Assembly: GCF_009914755.1 (NCBI RefSeq)
Contig: NC_060932.1
Source: the human T2T-CHM13v2.0 reference genome, Homo sapiens
Length of the DNA: 64,000 nucleotides
Direction: 5' to 3' (one strand)
A program made the position numbers and the translations under genes. The notes beneath the pieces were generated by a model. The model searched no databases. It was not told where the DNA came from and worked only from the letters and a program-made list of their open reading frames with translations. Of the stretch, positions 16,333 to 29,589 are shown in pieces. The first letter of the stretch is position 1, and the number at the start of each line of letters is the position of its first letter.

Positions 16333-16451
16333 CACACATTCTCACACAAATATGTGAGGGCATGAATGTGTGTGCGTGAGTATCTGTCTGCAATTCCATT
16401 TGGCATGCAATTTCAAGAGGTTCACAGACCCCATGAAGCACACCCAAGAAT
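16333..16451 (+). repeat. Dispersed duplication C copy (donor 18715-18821)
   Basis: 16353-16451 vs 18723-18821: 3 mismatches in 99 bp, offset 2370 bp. Confidence 0.95.
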
Positions 16452-19289
16452 ATTTATATATTTTGAATTTTTTTATTCTTAAAATTTAAAATAGCCTAGA
16501 TGTTAAACACTTAACATTTCTTTATTATGCATGCTTATATACTTTTGATCCTAGAGTTGAAAAACAAACAATATTTCTTGAGTCAGTAAGTAAAGCTTTT
16601 TTATTTTGCATTGATTTGTAAATTAAAGTGTTTTTGTAGTTCTTGGCTTGATAATCACTCTTGAAAATGGTTTTGGAATGTTAGTGATTGCAAGAAATTG
16701 TTTATTCCATTACTTTTACTCTGACCAAGCCCACATCTTTTTCTAAAGTATGTCTTATTTTTAGAGTTTATAAATCAAATGTATTGTAGGGCTGGAATGC
16801 AGCATGCAATGCACTCACAAACAAAACTCCAGCCTTCTTCAGCAGTCTTCACACAGTATCAACAGAAGTGTAGCCACTAAGACTTTTTGCTACATGAAGG
16901 CCTTTTTTTTGAGATATTTAACATGTGTTCTTATTTAAAAATACTAGAAATCTACCTCTAAAGAAAATTTGACTTCTTGATCAAAGGTATGGTAGGAGAG
17001 ACAAAAGCCAGCACTTAATTCTTACTCATTCTAACATTTCAGAGCACAAGTTTTAAATATTTAAACCTACTGGAAACCTGTGAATATTTGCAAGGAGCAC
17101 AAAGATGAGGATAAGTAGAAGGAAGCAATTCATTAACATATGTTCACTCCATCTCTAAAGAAAAGGGGTGTACCCCTGGCAAATGGCTTGCCCTTACCTG
17201 GGCCCCAGGTCCCTTACCTGAGAGATGAACATGTTGGATCACGTATGTTCAGGTCCCTTCCTGGCCTCCTATGCCACGATTCCCTCCTTCTCACTTCCAA
17301 GTCCAAAATCATCACTTTGTAAGTCATCTATATTTTGATAACGCTGACCCCCAGCCTTTTGAAGGGGTTCTGTTTTAGACATGAGTCCTCTGGAGGTCTT
17401 TAATTCTGCTTGGTAATGGAACAAGGTTCCAGGAGGAGTCAGAAGCTCAGAGAAGGGCCAGTCTGCTGTGATTTACCACTGAAAACTTTTGCGTACCTTT
17501 GCAAAAGGTGGTATCCCACTGCCTAAAGAGCCTCTGCCCCTGACTCCCTACCAGAGATCCCAGCCATGGGGGACTGTCACCTGCCATGGCCATCCCAGCT
17601 TTCTCACTTCCTCACTTAGGCTCACCACTGCAGATTTGTTTTCTGGCCCTGGTTATAGCTCATTAACATACATCCTTTAAAACACATCTGTGGTTTTCCT
17701 ATGGGCCCTTGTGACATTACTCCTTGGAAAGATTTTTTTCTTTCTAGTGGCTCACTGGTTGTTTGGGAATGACAGTGTCCAACCAGAACTTCAGAACACC
17801 TGGTTTCTAAACATAGCCCTCCCTACTATTAAAATAAAACAAAACAAAAAAACCCTATGTGTCTCATTGTGCCTTAGCCTACTCATCTGAAACAATGAGA
17901 AACAGTCACAGCCTTTGCATCTTCACTCAGACACTGTTAAGGACAAAGTGAGATATGTCTGTGTAAAAGAGGTCTGAAAAGTTTTTTTAGGTATGATACC
18001 AATATAAAGTAATATCCCACAATGAAATTAACATCAGAACAATCTCCAAAAAATATTTTCAGATGTATGTGATGCCTCTTTATAATGGGTGCCTGATAAA
18101 TTATGGCTTTCAGATTCAAGTTAACAGAGTGGTGGGAAAGAATCCTTCCTCTCCCCACGCCTCCCATCCCATCTTTTCTCCTTGCCTGAAACATCTGGCG
18201 GCCCTTTGTAGTTCTGGATGATTTGATTTGGAATTCATTAGTAATAATTGATGTGCTTTCTGGAATTTGTTTAAACAGTGCATCGTGTGGTGAGTAGCTA
18301 AGCCAAAAAAGATTGTGCAAATGGAGGCTGCCAACCTGGTAGAGCTGAGATGGGCAATAACTCAGCACTTAGTGCCGGAGGCTTGAGAAAGTGGCCTGCA
18401 CCCTCCACCCCCTTAACCAATTTGGGTGGAAGGGAGCTTGTCTGTCCTGGTGGAAGCTTGGTTGGCCCACAGTGTGTGTTTTCAGAGCTGCCTTTTGGCA
18501 AAGTGATGAGGAGAGCGGCCAACGAAAGACCTGTAGAGGGGCGTAGAGCTAGGAATTAGCATTTGAGACGTTTAAAATCTGGAAAAAATTAAAGCGTCTA
18601 CACAGGCAACCCTAAGCAGTGTGGGGAGGATTACTCTAAGGCAACTCTAGGGAAAGGCTTCTTTATCATTTTGGGTGTTGTGGACCTCTACAAGAATCTG
18701 ATGACAGCTGTTGGCAAATGTGTGTGAGGGCATGAATGTGGGTGTGAGAGTATCTGTCTGCAATTCCATTTGGCATGCAATTTCAAGAGGTTCACAGACC
18801 CCATGAAGCACACCCAAGAATCCAGGCTAAGAAGCCCAGCAAATAGAGATGGTAAAATATGAGATATCATGTCACTTATGAATCTTTCTGTTATGGATAA
18901 CAGGAAAACCCCATTTTAAGCCACATTTAAAAATTATTAGATTCAATGGGCATAAAATGACTCTGTTGAATTTCTATAAAAGTTTCTAAATGTGTACTCT
19001 CAACTTTCATATTTATCTTCTCGAGGACCAGTAGCAAGCAATTTACAGGCTGGCAAGGGTCCCTGGACCGCTCTGAGTAGCTGGCCCTGTGCTAGATCAC
19101 AGCTCTTCCTGCCTGCTCAGAGACATGACTCCAGAAATTCTCCCCTCTCTCTCTACTAGACAAACACTATCAACATTCAAGCATACTGTTAAGAAAATGT
19201 AATTCAAACCAACTTATGAAGGCATTAAGGAATTATTGACACTTATAAGCACATGAAAACCTTTTGAGGTATTTTAAAGGCCATTTTAC

Positions 19290-19830
19290 CCTAATAGTTC
19301 AGTACATCTTTCTAAAAATTAAGGTCAGTTTCTTACATAACCACTATGCTAGCATAACACCTAAAAAATGTAACAGTAATTCCTTAATATCATCTAATAT
19401 TCTAATTTCCCCAACTATTTCCCCAGTGTTGGTTTGTTTTCATCAGGATCTAAATATAAGGTCCACACGTTGTTTGCCCCATGTCCTTGGTCTCCTGATC
19501 TTCAACAGTCTCTGCCCTATCAGCACACATGCTATTTTTTCCTACCATTGACCTGTTGAGAGATGTCAGATATGTTATAGAAGTTCTCACATTCTGAATT
19601 TCTCTACTGACTTCCTCATGGTGTTGTTGCAACAGATCTTCTATCCACTGTGCTTCCTATAAACTGGAAGTTAGATCTAAATGCTTAAGTTTGCATTCTA
19701 ACTTTTTGGGAAGAATACCTGATAAATGATGCAATGTCCTCATACATTGGAGCCATAATGTCTTATTCTCTCACTTTTAGTGAGACAAAAACTGATCAGT
19801 GGGTTCAGGAGATGACAGCTTTATCCCTCC
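19290..19830 (-). mobile_element. Old L1 (L1MC/ME-type) 3' fragment
   Basis: TTCTTACATAACCAC..AACAGTAATTCCTTAATATCATCTAATA..CAGGATCTAAA..AAGGTCCACAC. Confidence 0.6.
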
Positions 19831-20791
19831 TTTGTGAAGACTCACCTCCCCATATATGATCCGCAAATCATCTATGGGTTGATATAAAATGCTATCAAAT
19901 ATGAAAGAAGCCTACTCCTGCAATGACTGGCCAAAGCCTGAGACTGTATAATTTCTTAGGTGGAATGTTACCGTTTTCCTTTGGGAACTTCCTTTCCCAA
20001 ACATTCATGTAAATAATATTTCTGCACAGATTCAAGCCTCCATCCCCTCAGCAACTATAATAGATAACCGAAATTCCTGGACAATTCGGGGCAGTTTTTG
20101 GTTTGGTATGAATCAAGTTTCTGCACCATGCTGGGAAACTTCTTATCAAGTTCCTCATTCTTTTCCTTAAGAACATAAAGCCTGGCAAATCTTGCAGGGA
20201 TTGGTGACAATGGAGGCTTAGTTTTTTGTTTTACATGAAGCTTGTTTTGTTTTATGTGAAGCTTGCTTATAGTTGTTACAGGTAAAATATTTTTCAATTT
20301 TTATGAAAAATTTCATAATTATGATATTTGTTCCTTTTCTTTCTCTTTCCTTCAGCTATAGAACTTCGAGCTATTTTTTTTTTTTTTACAACCAAACATT
20401 ATCACCATGGGAAACCATTTATTAAGCCTTGTGTGCTCTCTCAGAGCTTCTAGATTGATGGATGGTTTTATGGAAATATTTGAAAGACCCGAGTTTTGAT
20501 CCTTTTTACTACTTTCCTTGGGCAGAGGCAATTTATGTTTTGCTGATATTTGCTCCATTTGAAGTAGTTAACTTTCTTTTGCAATTCTAAAAACATACCC
20601 TTTCAATTTGTAAAATAATATAGCATGACAATAGTAAGGGTCCTCAGACTCTTGGTTTCCAATTCTGCTACAGAAATGGAATATAATAAATGAAAATATT
20701 AAAAACTTGGAACTTGCGCTAAAGACAAATTATGGTGCTATTTATAAACCTCTGACAAAAATACACCGTAAAACTTTAATACAATCCTTTC

Positions 20792-21838
20792 TGTATTAGT
20801 CGGGGTTCTCTAGGGGGACAGAACTAATAGGATAGATGTATACATGAAGGGGAGTTTATTAGGAGTATTGACTCACATGATCACAAGGTGAAGTCCCACA
20901 ATAGGCCATCTGCAAGCTGAAGAGCCAGGAAGCCAGTCTGAGTCCCAAAACCTCAAAAGTAGGGAAGCCGACAGCACAGCCTTCAGTCTGTTGCTGAAGG
21001 CCTGAGAGCTCCTGGCAAATCACTGGTGTAAGTCCAAGAGTCCAAAAGCTGAAGAACTTGCAGTCTGATGTTTGAGGGCAGGCAGCGTCCAGCATGGGAG
21101 AAAGATGTAGGCTGGGAGACTAAGTCAGCCTAGTGTTTCCATGTTCTTCCACTGCCGAGACCAGTTCGGTCGTGAAGACCCTAACCCAGCAGCACTAGAA
21201 GAATTAAAGACAGACACAGAAATAGAGTGCAGAGTGGGATCAGGGAGCTGACAGCCTTCAGAGCTGAAAGCCACAAACAGAGTCTGACCCACATATTTAC
21301 TGACAGCCAATGATAAGCATAGTTTCTATAGATTATAGATTAGCTAAAAGCTTTCCTTACGGGAAACAAAGCATTCTTAGCGAGGAGTAGAGAAACAGGC
21401 TCTGGCTGATTATCTGCAGCAAAAGCATGTTGTTGAGGCACAGGCCACTCCTGCTATTGTTTGTGGTTTGAGCAGTTTTCCACTCCAGGCGGGCCAGGTT
21501 TTCCTTGCCCTGCTCCAGTAAACCAACAACTTTCAGCAGTGTGCATGATAGCCATCATGAACATGTCACATTGCTGCAGAAATCCTGTTTATGGCCAGTT
21601 TCTTTAAGGCCTGTTTATGGCAGGCTTACGGCTTGTTCATAGCATCCCACCTGCTTTTATTCTGGCCATGCTGGCAGCTGATTAGATGGTGCCCACCCAG
21701 ATTGAGGGTGGAGCTGCCTTTCCCCATCCACTAACACAAATTTTAATCTCCTTTGGCAACACCTTCACAGACACACTGAGGAACAATACTTTGTATCCTT
21801 CAATCCAATCAAGTTGACACTCGGTATTAACCATCACA
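20792..21838 (-). mobile_element. MLT2A solo LTR (HERV-L), interrupted by MER9
   Basis: minus strand starts TGTGATGGTTAATACCGAGTGTCAACTTGATTGGATTGAAGG and ends ..CTAATACA; 5-bp TSD CTTTC at 20787-20791 and 21839-21843. Confidence 0.92.
21153..21644 (-). mobile_element. MER9-family solo LTR (HERV-K HML-3) nested in MLT2A
   Basis: minus strand has ..GCCATAAACAGG..CTGGCCATAAAC..CTGCAGCAATGTGACATGTTCATGATGGC and ends CTGGTCTCGGCA; 6-bp TSD TTCCAC/TCCCAC. Confidence 0.88.
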
Positions 21839-22899
21839 CTTTCAGATGCAGATATTGGCATTTCTGAACTTTTCTAAATACATAAGAACTGTGAACTCTC
21901 AGGGTTTGGAGGAATGGTAGAATCATGGAGCCTAACCATCTGTCTGATGCATGACTCCCACACCCCTGCCAAATGACAGATCCAGCAATCTCTGCCTGAG
22001 CTCTTCCCACAAGCAGTGCCTCTCTGTCTCCAGTATCCCCCTACTCATTCATTAAGCACCTGCAGTGTGCCAGGTGCTATGCCAGGATCCTGACTACTCA
22101 AGAAACTCCTATGTAGGTAAGAGAATAGGATGAGAGAATACAGATGAGGAATAAGAAAGAGATCCTTGAACAAAGTGAGATGGTTCTGGATACTAAGAGT
22201 CAACACAAAACCCAGCACATCCTCTAACATTTGACAGGCATTTCCTCTTTGCCATCTCCCCATCCCCTAACCCGGTCATACTGACAGTTGTTGAAGCATA
22301 CTTACATAAGGGATATTGTGTTTCCATTCTAGATTCTCAAAATATTTCACCATTTTGAGCAGTGTTACACTGACTCTCATTCACTGTCAAAAGGTTTCAT
22401 GATCTAAATATTATAGTAGTCAAGATGAAACCTAAAAAGAACGGCAAGGGTTGTTTGTCCAGTTTCTGTTCCAGAAATCACTCTGGGTGCTCTGTGATGC
22501 TAACAGCATGGGACTGGAGCCAAGCGATAGGCAGCATGTCCGTGTCATTGTCCAGTCCTCACTTTGCCCCATGAGGACCCTGAGATCAGCCTGTGAACAG
22601 CACAAGGTGACCTGCAGGCAGGTAACCTCTCTACACAGCTCTCTCAGACCCCAGCAGTGAGGGAGAAGAAAGTGGGGAGGAGGCAACAGAAGCTCAGCCA
22701 TCACTGAAGGGCAGGGCAAGGAGACAAGGGAAAAGGAAGTGACAACTGTTATCTGTAATTAATCACTGTGACACCCACCGCTTCTCTCGGGGTTATGATG
22801 GTGTTTTTGTCACCATCCCAAGGAAACTAGATTATTATTCCTATTCACGGACATGGAAGGTTATGGCTCCCAGTGGTCCTTTAGGGGGTTCAGCGTCTA

Positions 22900-23095
22900 T
22901 TTTCTTTCTTCTTTCTTTCTCTTTTCCTCCTTTGCTTATCCTTCCCTGTTTGGGGGTTACCTTCATCTTCTTCACTTTTTTGTTCTTTCTTCCTCTCTCT
23001 GCCTCTGTCTCTGTCTCTGTCGGTTTCTCTCTCTCTTTCCTTCCCTGTCTCTATCTCTGTCTGTCTCTCTCTATTTCTCTCTTTCTTTCTCCCCC
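22900..23095. repeat. CT-rich low-complexity / (TCTCTG)n
   Basis: read directly from the sequence. Confidence 0.8.
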
Positions 23096-23953
23096 CTACC
23101 CCACAGGCTATGTTTCGCCTATAGATGGAACAACATTCTGGGCATTGATCTAGAGACTGACATAAAAGTGTTTCAGGAGCACAAAGCAGATAGAACATGA
23201 GTCTAAGATCCAGGAAACCTGGATTCTCTTCCTGGCTTTGTCATTAATATCTGTGACAGCTAGGATGAGATGAAAGACATGAATGTGCTTTGAAAAATAA
23301 TACAGAGTACCATTGTATATTCTTCCAAAGCTACTACTTGCAAAGTGATGTTGAGGAGGCCCAGCAAGAATACAAAATCTATTGTGAACCTGCTGTTGTG
23401 CCTGGCCTTGAGTCAGAGAGTCCATTCAGCATACAGAACTGATTTTGAGCTTAAAAAGGCCTATTTAGAGCAAAAGAACCTGAAGAATTTGTGCAATACC
23501 AGGCATGCAGTGAAACCTGAGAACACAAAAATTCCTGAGCTCAGTTTAAAATCAAGATCAATGTTGTCATTCTGAAGTCACTGTTCCATTTAGCTCCATG
23601 CCAAGGATTACTGCCATGCTGAGTGATGAGAACCATTGGATCCAGCTCCATACCATGGAAAACATAACACACTCAGATGCTGTTATCTCTAATTACATTC
23701 TTGAATGGGCCGCTGCTGATCTCTCTGACATGAGCCCATCCCCATTTGTGTGCTACAGGGAATAAGAATGACTTTTACAAACTTCTCTGTGCACGCTTAG
23801 GGTACTAATTGCTTTCTAACACCCATCCCTTCAAGTCCTCTTTTCACTTTTAAATTTCTCAAGCCAAAGGATACAAAGTATTGTTAAATAAATAACATGG
23901 AACACTTCAGAAGCTGAGTGACCTGCCACAGTTTAGGCCTTAAAGGAGATAAA

Positions 23954-24114
23954 GCAGGGATTCTCCAAGTGTGGTCCCCAGTCCAGCAGCGTCAGTTTCT
24001 CCTGAGAAAGAAAGGCCTATTTTCAGGCCCCGCCCAAGATCTACTGAGTCACAAACTTGGGGAAAACAATCTATATTGTAATAAGCCTTCCAAGTGTTTC
24101 TGATAGACACTAAA
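23954..24114. mobile_element. MER5A, truncated by MLT1 insertion
   Basis: CAGGGATTCTCCAAGTGTGGTCCCCAG..CAGGCCCCGCCCAAGATCTACTGAGTCA.. Confidence 0.75.
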
Positions 24115-25797
24115 TGTATTTTATTTTCTATCACTGCTGTAACAAATTACAATAAACATGGTGGCTTAAAACAACACTAACGTGTTATCTCCAGCCTGCA
24201 GATCAGAAGTCTGCCAAGGGTTGCACGGGGCTGAAATGAAGGTGTTATCAGGGCTGAGTTCCTTTCTGAAGGCTCTAGAGGAGAATCTGTTTCCTTACCT
24301 TTTCCAGTTTCCATAGGCTGCCTTCATTCCTGGACTCAAGGCCCTTCCCCCTGTTTCCAAAGCCAGCAACAGTGGGCCCAGTCCCTTTCACCCACCATCT
24401 CTGAGCCTCTGATTCTTCTTCCACTTTTAAAGACTCATATAAATAAACTGGTCCTACTGAGATCATCTAGACTAATCTCCCCGTCTTAAGTGAGCTAATT
24501 AGCAAACCTAGTTACATCTGCAACCTTCTCTTTCACCATGCCACATAACATACTCACAGGTTCCAGGTATTGGGGTGTGGGCATCTTGAGTGGCTGCACA
24601 TTATTCTGCCTAGGACAGTCCACCTTCTGGCACTGAAAGATTCATGTCTGCCCCACATGCAAAATACATTAACCCTATCCCAGTGCACCCAGAGTCTCAA
24701 CCCATTATAGCACAAATTCAAAGTGCCAAATCTCATTGTCTAAATCATCTAAATAAGGTATGGGTCAGCCTCTGGGTGTAACAGATCTTCGGGCACAGTT
24801 TCTCTCTACCTAGACTTGTGAACTAAAAAAAGGTTATCTTTTTTTAGTTCAGGTTATCTTCTCTGAAAATACAATGGCAGGACAGGCATAGGATGACATA
24901 GACATTTCTGTTCAAAAAAGGAGAAAATAGAAGAAAAAAGAAATCATCAATCAAGTGATTTCAAACTGCAGTGAGGCAAACTCCATTTGGTTTTAAAACC
25001 TAAAACTAATCCTCTGTAGTTCACTGCTCTGCTGCCTGAGCCATCCTTCCTTTTTCATAAAAGGCAGCTGAGTAGTTTTATTGGTCTGTGTTCTGAATTT
25101 CAGGGGACCAACAGGCTTCTTTCATTTTGCACTCTGTCCTTTTCGGTCCAAGCTGGAAGTGTTTCAGCAGGTATAAAAATCCTCAGAAACCTTGTAAGTC
25201 TCCCATGTTAAATCACAGGGATTTACTCCATTTGATGAAAGGATCCTTCAAAGATCTTTCCTAGATAATCCCATCTCTATTTTTGGTTTCTGCTGAGATA
25301 ATGGGATCTGTGAGGTGCATCTTTAATCTTTACAAAAAAGTTTTTTGTGTTTTTTTTCTTTTGTGACTAAAGACTTTGAACTTTTCATTTTTCTGAAATG
25401 TTTTATTTTTCCAGAGTATTATCAAACAGATCCAGCCATGATCTCAGCTTTTTCTCTACAGCATGCTTTTTGATGGTGAATCTCTTAATTTTAGCATCTT
25501 TTGCAATCTGGGTAAAATGAGAATTCCCCAAATAATCAAGTCTTGAATTCTTTTGGTTTAACTGTTCTTCACACAATTTATCTCATTCCTCTCACACTTC
25601 ACTATAAGCAGCAAAACCAGACCACGTCTTAGGACCTTTCTTGGAAGTCTCAACCTAGTGTTCAGTTTCATCACTTGGAAGCTCTGCTTTCCACATAATT
25701 GCAGGACACAATTCTGCTCAGCTTTCTGCCACTATATTACAAGAATCCCCTGTCCTCCAGCTTCCAATAACATGTTTCTTGTTCCCTTCTGAGCCCT
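24115..25797 (-). mobile_element. MLT1D-like LTR (24115-~24617) plus MaLR internal sequence
   Basis: TGCTGTAACAAATTAC..GGTGGCTTAAAACAAC..AGGCTCTAGAGGAGAATCTG..ATTATTCTGCC; internal CACATGCAAAATACATT..AAATACAATGGCAGGACAGGCATAGG. Confidence 0.85.
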
Positions 25798-26362
25798 CTG
25801 ATAAAGATGTTATGAACATTGTTGAAATAACAACACAGGATTTAGACTATTACATAAACTTATTTGATAAAGCAGCATCAGAATTTGAGAGGATTAATTC
25901 CAAATTTGAAAGAAATTCTATTGTGGGGAAATGCTATCAAACAGCATCACATGCTATAGAGAAATCTTTCATGAAAGGAAAAGTCAATCAATGCAGCAAA
26001 CTTCACTCTTGTCTTATTGAAGAAATTGCCACAGCCTCCCAACCTTAAGCAACCACCACCCTGATCAGTCAGCAGCCATCAACATTGAGGCAAGACCCTC
26101 CACCAGTGAAGAGATTACAATGCACTGAAGGCTCAGATAATCGTTAACATTTTTTAGCAATAAAGTATGTTTAACTAAGGTACGTATGTTGGTTGTTTTT
26201 AGACATAATGCTATTGCACACTTAATAGGCTACAGTATAGTGTAAACCTAACTTGTGTATGTACTGAGAAGCCAAGAAAATTCATGTCTCTCAGTTTATT
26301 GTGATGTTCATTTTATTGCAGTGGTCTGGAACTGAACTTTCAATAAATCCAAGTTATGCCTG
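25798..26362 (+). mobile_element. Tigger1 3' portion (pogo-like transposase C-terminal remnant plus TIR)
   Basis: ORF 25779-26048 (NIVEITTQDLDYYINLFDKAASEFERI..) matches the Tigger1 ORF end; terminates GTTATGCCTG followed by TA. Confidence 0.9.
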
Positions 26363-26574
26363 TAAAAGTAAAATAAGACTCAAACTTTTGAGTGTTAAGT
26401 AGGCACACTAGACTTACTTTTAGAAGATTCATAACATAGTAGAGGATATTAAAGGATCTGCATAGCCACAGTAAACAAAAGAGCAAGAGTTGTCAAACTA
26501 CCCACAGAATACTTTTTCATGTGGTGTTTCATGGGACGTACTCCTGGAATGCAGCTCCAATCACATCAGGTAAA

Positions 26575-26700
26575 AGATGAGAACCATTGGGAATTATGCA
26601 GGGAACTGGGACTATTTAATCTGAAAAAGTGAGAAATGGAGTAACCTTAGCTAACAAGTACATAAAGGATTACTATAAATAAAATACTGTCCTGATGGTC
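26575..26700 (+). mobile_element. L3/CR1 fragment
   Basis: GGAACTGGGACTATTTAATCTGAAAAAG resembles the CR1 3' motif. Confidence 0.4.
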
Positions 26701-27094
26701 TTTATATGCACTAATAAAACAGGAAGAAAAGAACTATACCATCAACCAAGTATTCCTTGAGCAGTAACCATGTAGTAAGAGCAACATGAACACTATGGGA
26801 GACAGAGACGTGGAAGACCCACACCTAAGGCATTCTACTGGGGCATAAGATAAGCATGATGGTGAAACAAGGGAAGCCCACAGAAAGCTGTGTAATTAAG
26901 CCTTGCAGTTTGTAAGGAAAATGATGATGTGTCAAGACTATGGGTGGTTGGGCAGGGGAGCTGCAGGATCTGGTGATGTCAGGAGGGTTTTGTGGGAGAG
27001 GGGGTACTTGAGCTGGTCTCAGGGTATAGGAAGAATGGAGGAGAGGAGGTGGAGGTTGTTCCGGGCAAGAGGAAGAGCAGGAGGGACATCCTGA

Positions 27095-27677
27095 TGTAAA
27101 AAGCGAAGTAGAGGTTCCTCTTCAAAGACTTTCCTCCCCATCTAATTAAGAACAAATAGTAACTTCTGTTAGAAACAAAATTTATTCAAAGACCTGCTAA
27201 CATTCTTAAATATCTGCTAGCCATAATAAGGAAATCAATGTACTTTATGTTGTTAGCTTCCACAATTTAGCCTAAATATTTGCCCTGGCATGCTTATACT
27301 GGTCCAAGCAAGCAGTAGGCCATAGCCTGTTCCTCTTCCTTATTTGAAGGTGTTTTTACCTTTCTCAGCATTCCACAAGTTACTTCTCCTTCCTTTGTAC
27401 ACCTCTGCCTTTGCCTCTTTTAAAAAGTTCTAAGTTGCTAGCCAATCGGGACAAATACAGAATGTGAGGTCCCATTTCAGTCAATGGAAACCAGACACAG
27501 CAGTAGGGTGGAAGCATCAGGTTATAAATGACCCTGTCTCCTTCGTTCAGTGTACTCTCATGACAAAACTGCTGGCGAGTGTACCCTTTCTGCAGAAAGT
27601 ATAAAAATGGCCTTGCTGAGGAAATTAAATTTATGTTCAAGTGCTATTCTTTATGGCACCAGGGAACAAGCATTACA
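27095..27677 (+). mobile_element. LTR10-family solo LTR (ERV1), inserted in an L2 remnant
   Basis: TG..AGTAGAGGTTCCTCTTCAAAGACTTTCCTCCCCATCTAATT; CCAAT, TATA box GTTATAAATG, ATTAAA, ends GGAACAAGCATTACA. Confidence 0.75.
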
Positions 27678-28422
27678 AGCAATTGGAATAAGGCTGAGGC
27701 CCTGCGTGCAGGGCAACCTGACTAAAATGCCCGAGATAAAGCCAGAAACATCAGGGCCTGAAATGAGGGATTTAGATTCTTCAAGAGCAGGGACTATGTC
27801 TTACTCACCATCATTTCTCTAGTATCCACTGAAGTGCCAGCCACTGAATCGGCACCCAATCAATACTGGTGGAGTTACTGAAACTCTCTCAAACCTAGGG
27901 CTAGTTGGTTTGTAAACTGTTAACAAGGAAGCTGTGAAGATCTTGAGTGAGTACTTCTTGGGATTCCACAATATGCTAAGCTCTGGGACAGGCCCTGGGG
28001 AAACAGAGGTACAAGGCAGGCGAGTTTCCTTCCGACAGGGGCCTCTGTTTTAGTGGAGATGTTTCCTTGGAAAACAAAATATCAGACAGTCCAGTGGCAG
28101 GGATGAACGAAACACAGCACTGTCTAAAGTCAAAGGGGTGAATGACATCCTTATCCACCCCTGCATCATGTGAGTCTTCTGTGCATTTCATAGCAAAACA
28201 GCCTAAAGAAGATTCTGTTGTAACTCTGACACTCTGTCAGGTGATGGACAGACTCACACCCTGGAGGAGACCCATGAGCATCCATCCCATTCGTTACAAC
28301 ATCTCACAGTCAGGCTGTGTGGGTCAGCTGGACCACCCACACCCCTGACTGTATCTTACAATCCTCCCACCATTGAATGTCAAAGCTCTGGGCAGACTGA
28401 CTGAACCTATTGAGCACCATAA

Positions 28423-28831
<409 letters not shown>

Positions 28832-29229
28832 CAGTTTTTTTTTTTAATTTAAATAAATGTGAAGACCAGAATCTGTGAAGATATGATGTTTGTTTGTTTG
28901 TTTGTTTGTTTTAAAGAGGGGGTAAGGGAGTACTTAGATAAACTCTCAATGCTCTGAGAAAGGAGTTATTCCTCTTGGAGGAATTTTGAAGTTGACCTAG
29001 TGCTGATATACATTCAAGAGGCTGTAAAAGGATTTAATGTGCTTTGAACTCACAGAGCCAAATTTCATCATAAATTGTTCCTCTAGATTAATATTCAATT
29101 AAATATATTGGTGAAGAAGATTATTATTCCCTCTTCTTCCCTCATTCTTTTCTCCTTCCCCCCCCTTCTTCCCCTTCCTTTCCTCTTTGCTTTTCCCTTC
29201 CTCCTTCTCTTCACAACTTAAGATTAATA

Positions 29230-29411
29230 AGTTAATAACATATTTACTTTACACACGCAAGAATCTTTCTACTAATTCTTAAGCCTGTCCTATGGTTTAA
29301 GCACAGGGCAGCACATTAGAACACCTTAGTTAATAACATATTTACTTTACACATGCAAGAATCTTTCTACTAATTCTTAAGCCTGTCCTATGGTTTAAGC
29401 ACAAGGCAGCA
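29230..29411 (+). repeat. 84-bp near-tandem duplication with 14-bp spacer
   Basis: 29230-29313 vs 29328-29411, 2 mismatches. Confidence 0.95.
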
Positions 29412-29589
29412 TCCTGGAGGTGTTAACTCATGACACAGGTCAGAGAGGACACCAATCTAAGTAGATACTGAGGGCTGTGGGACAGCCTGGCCTCTACAAC
29501 CCCTTGGTGCTATCTGCGTGGTGATGGCAAGTTTTGTGATAAAGCAAAAAGTGCTGTCTTCTCTCTATCATCCCACTGAGGTCATATAA

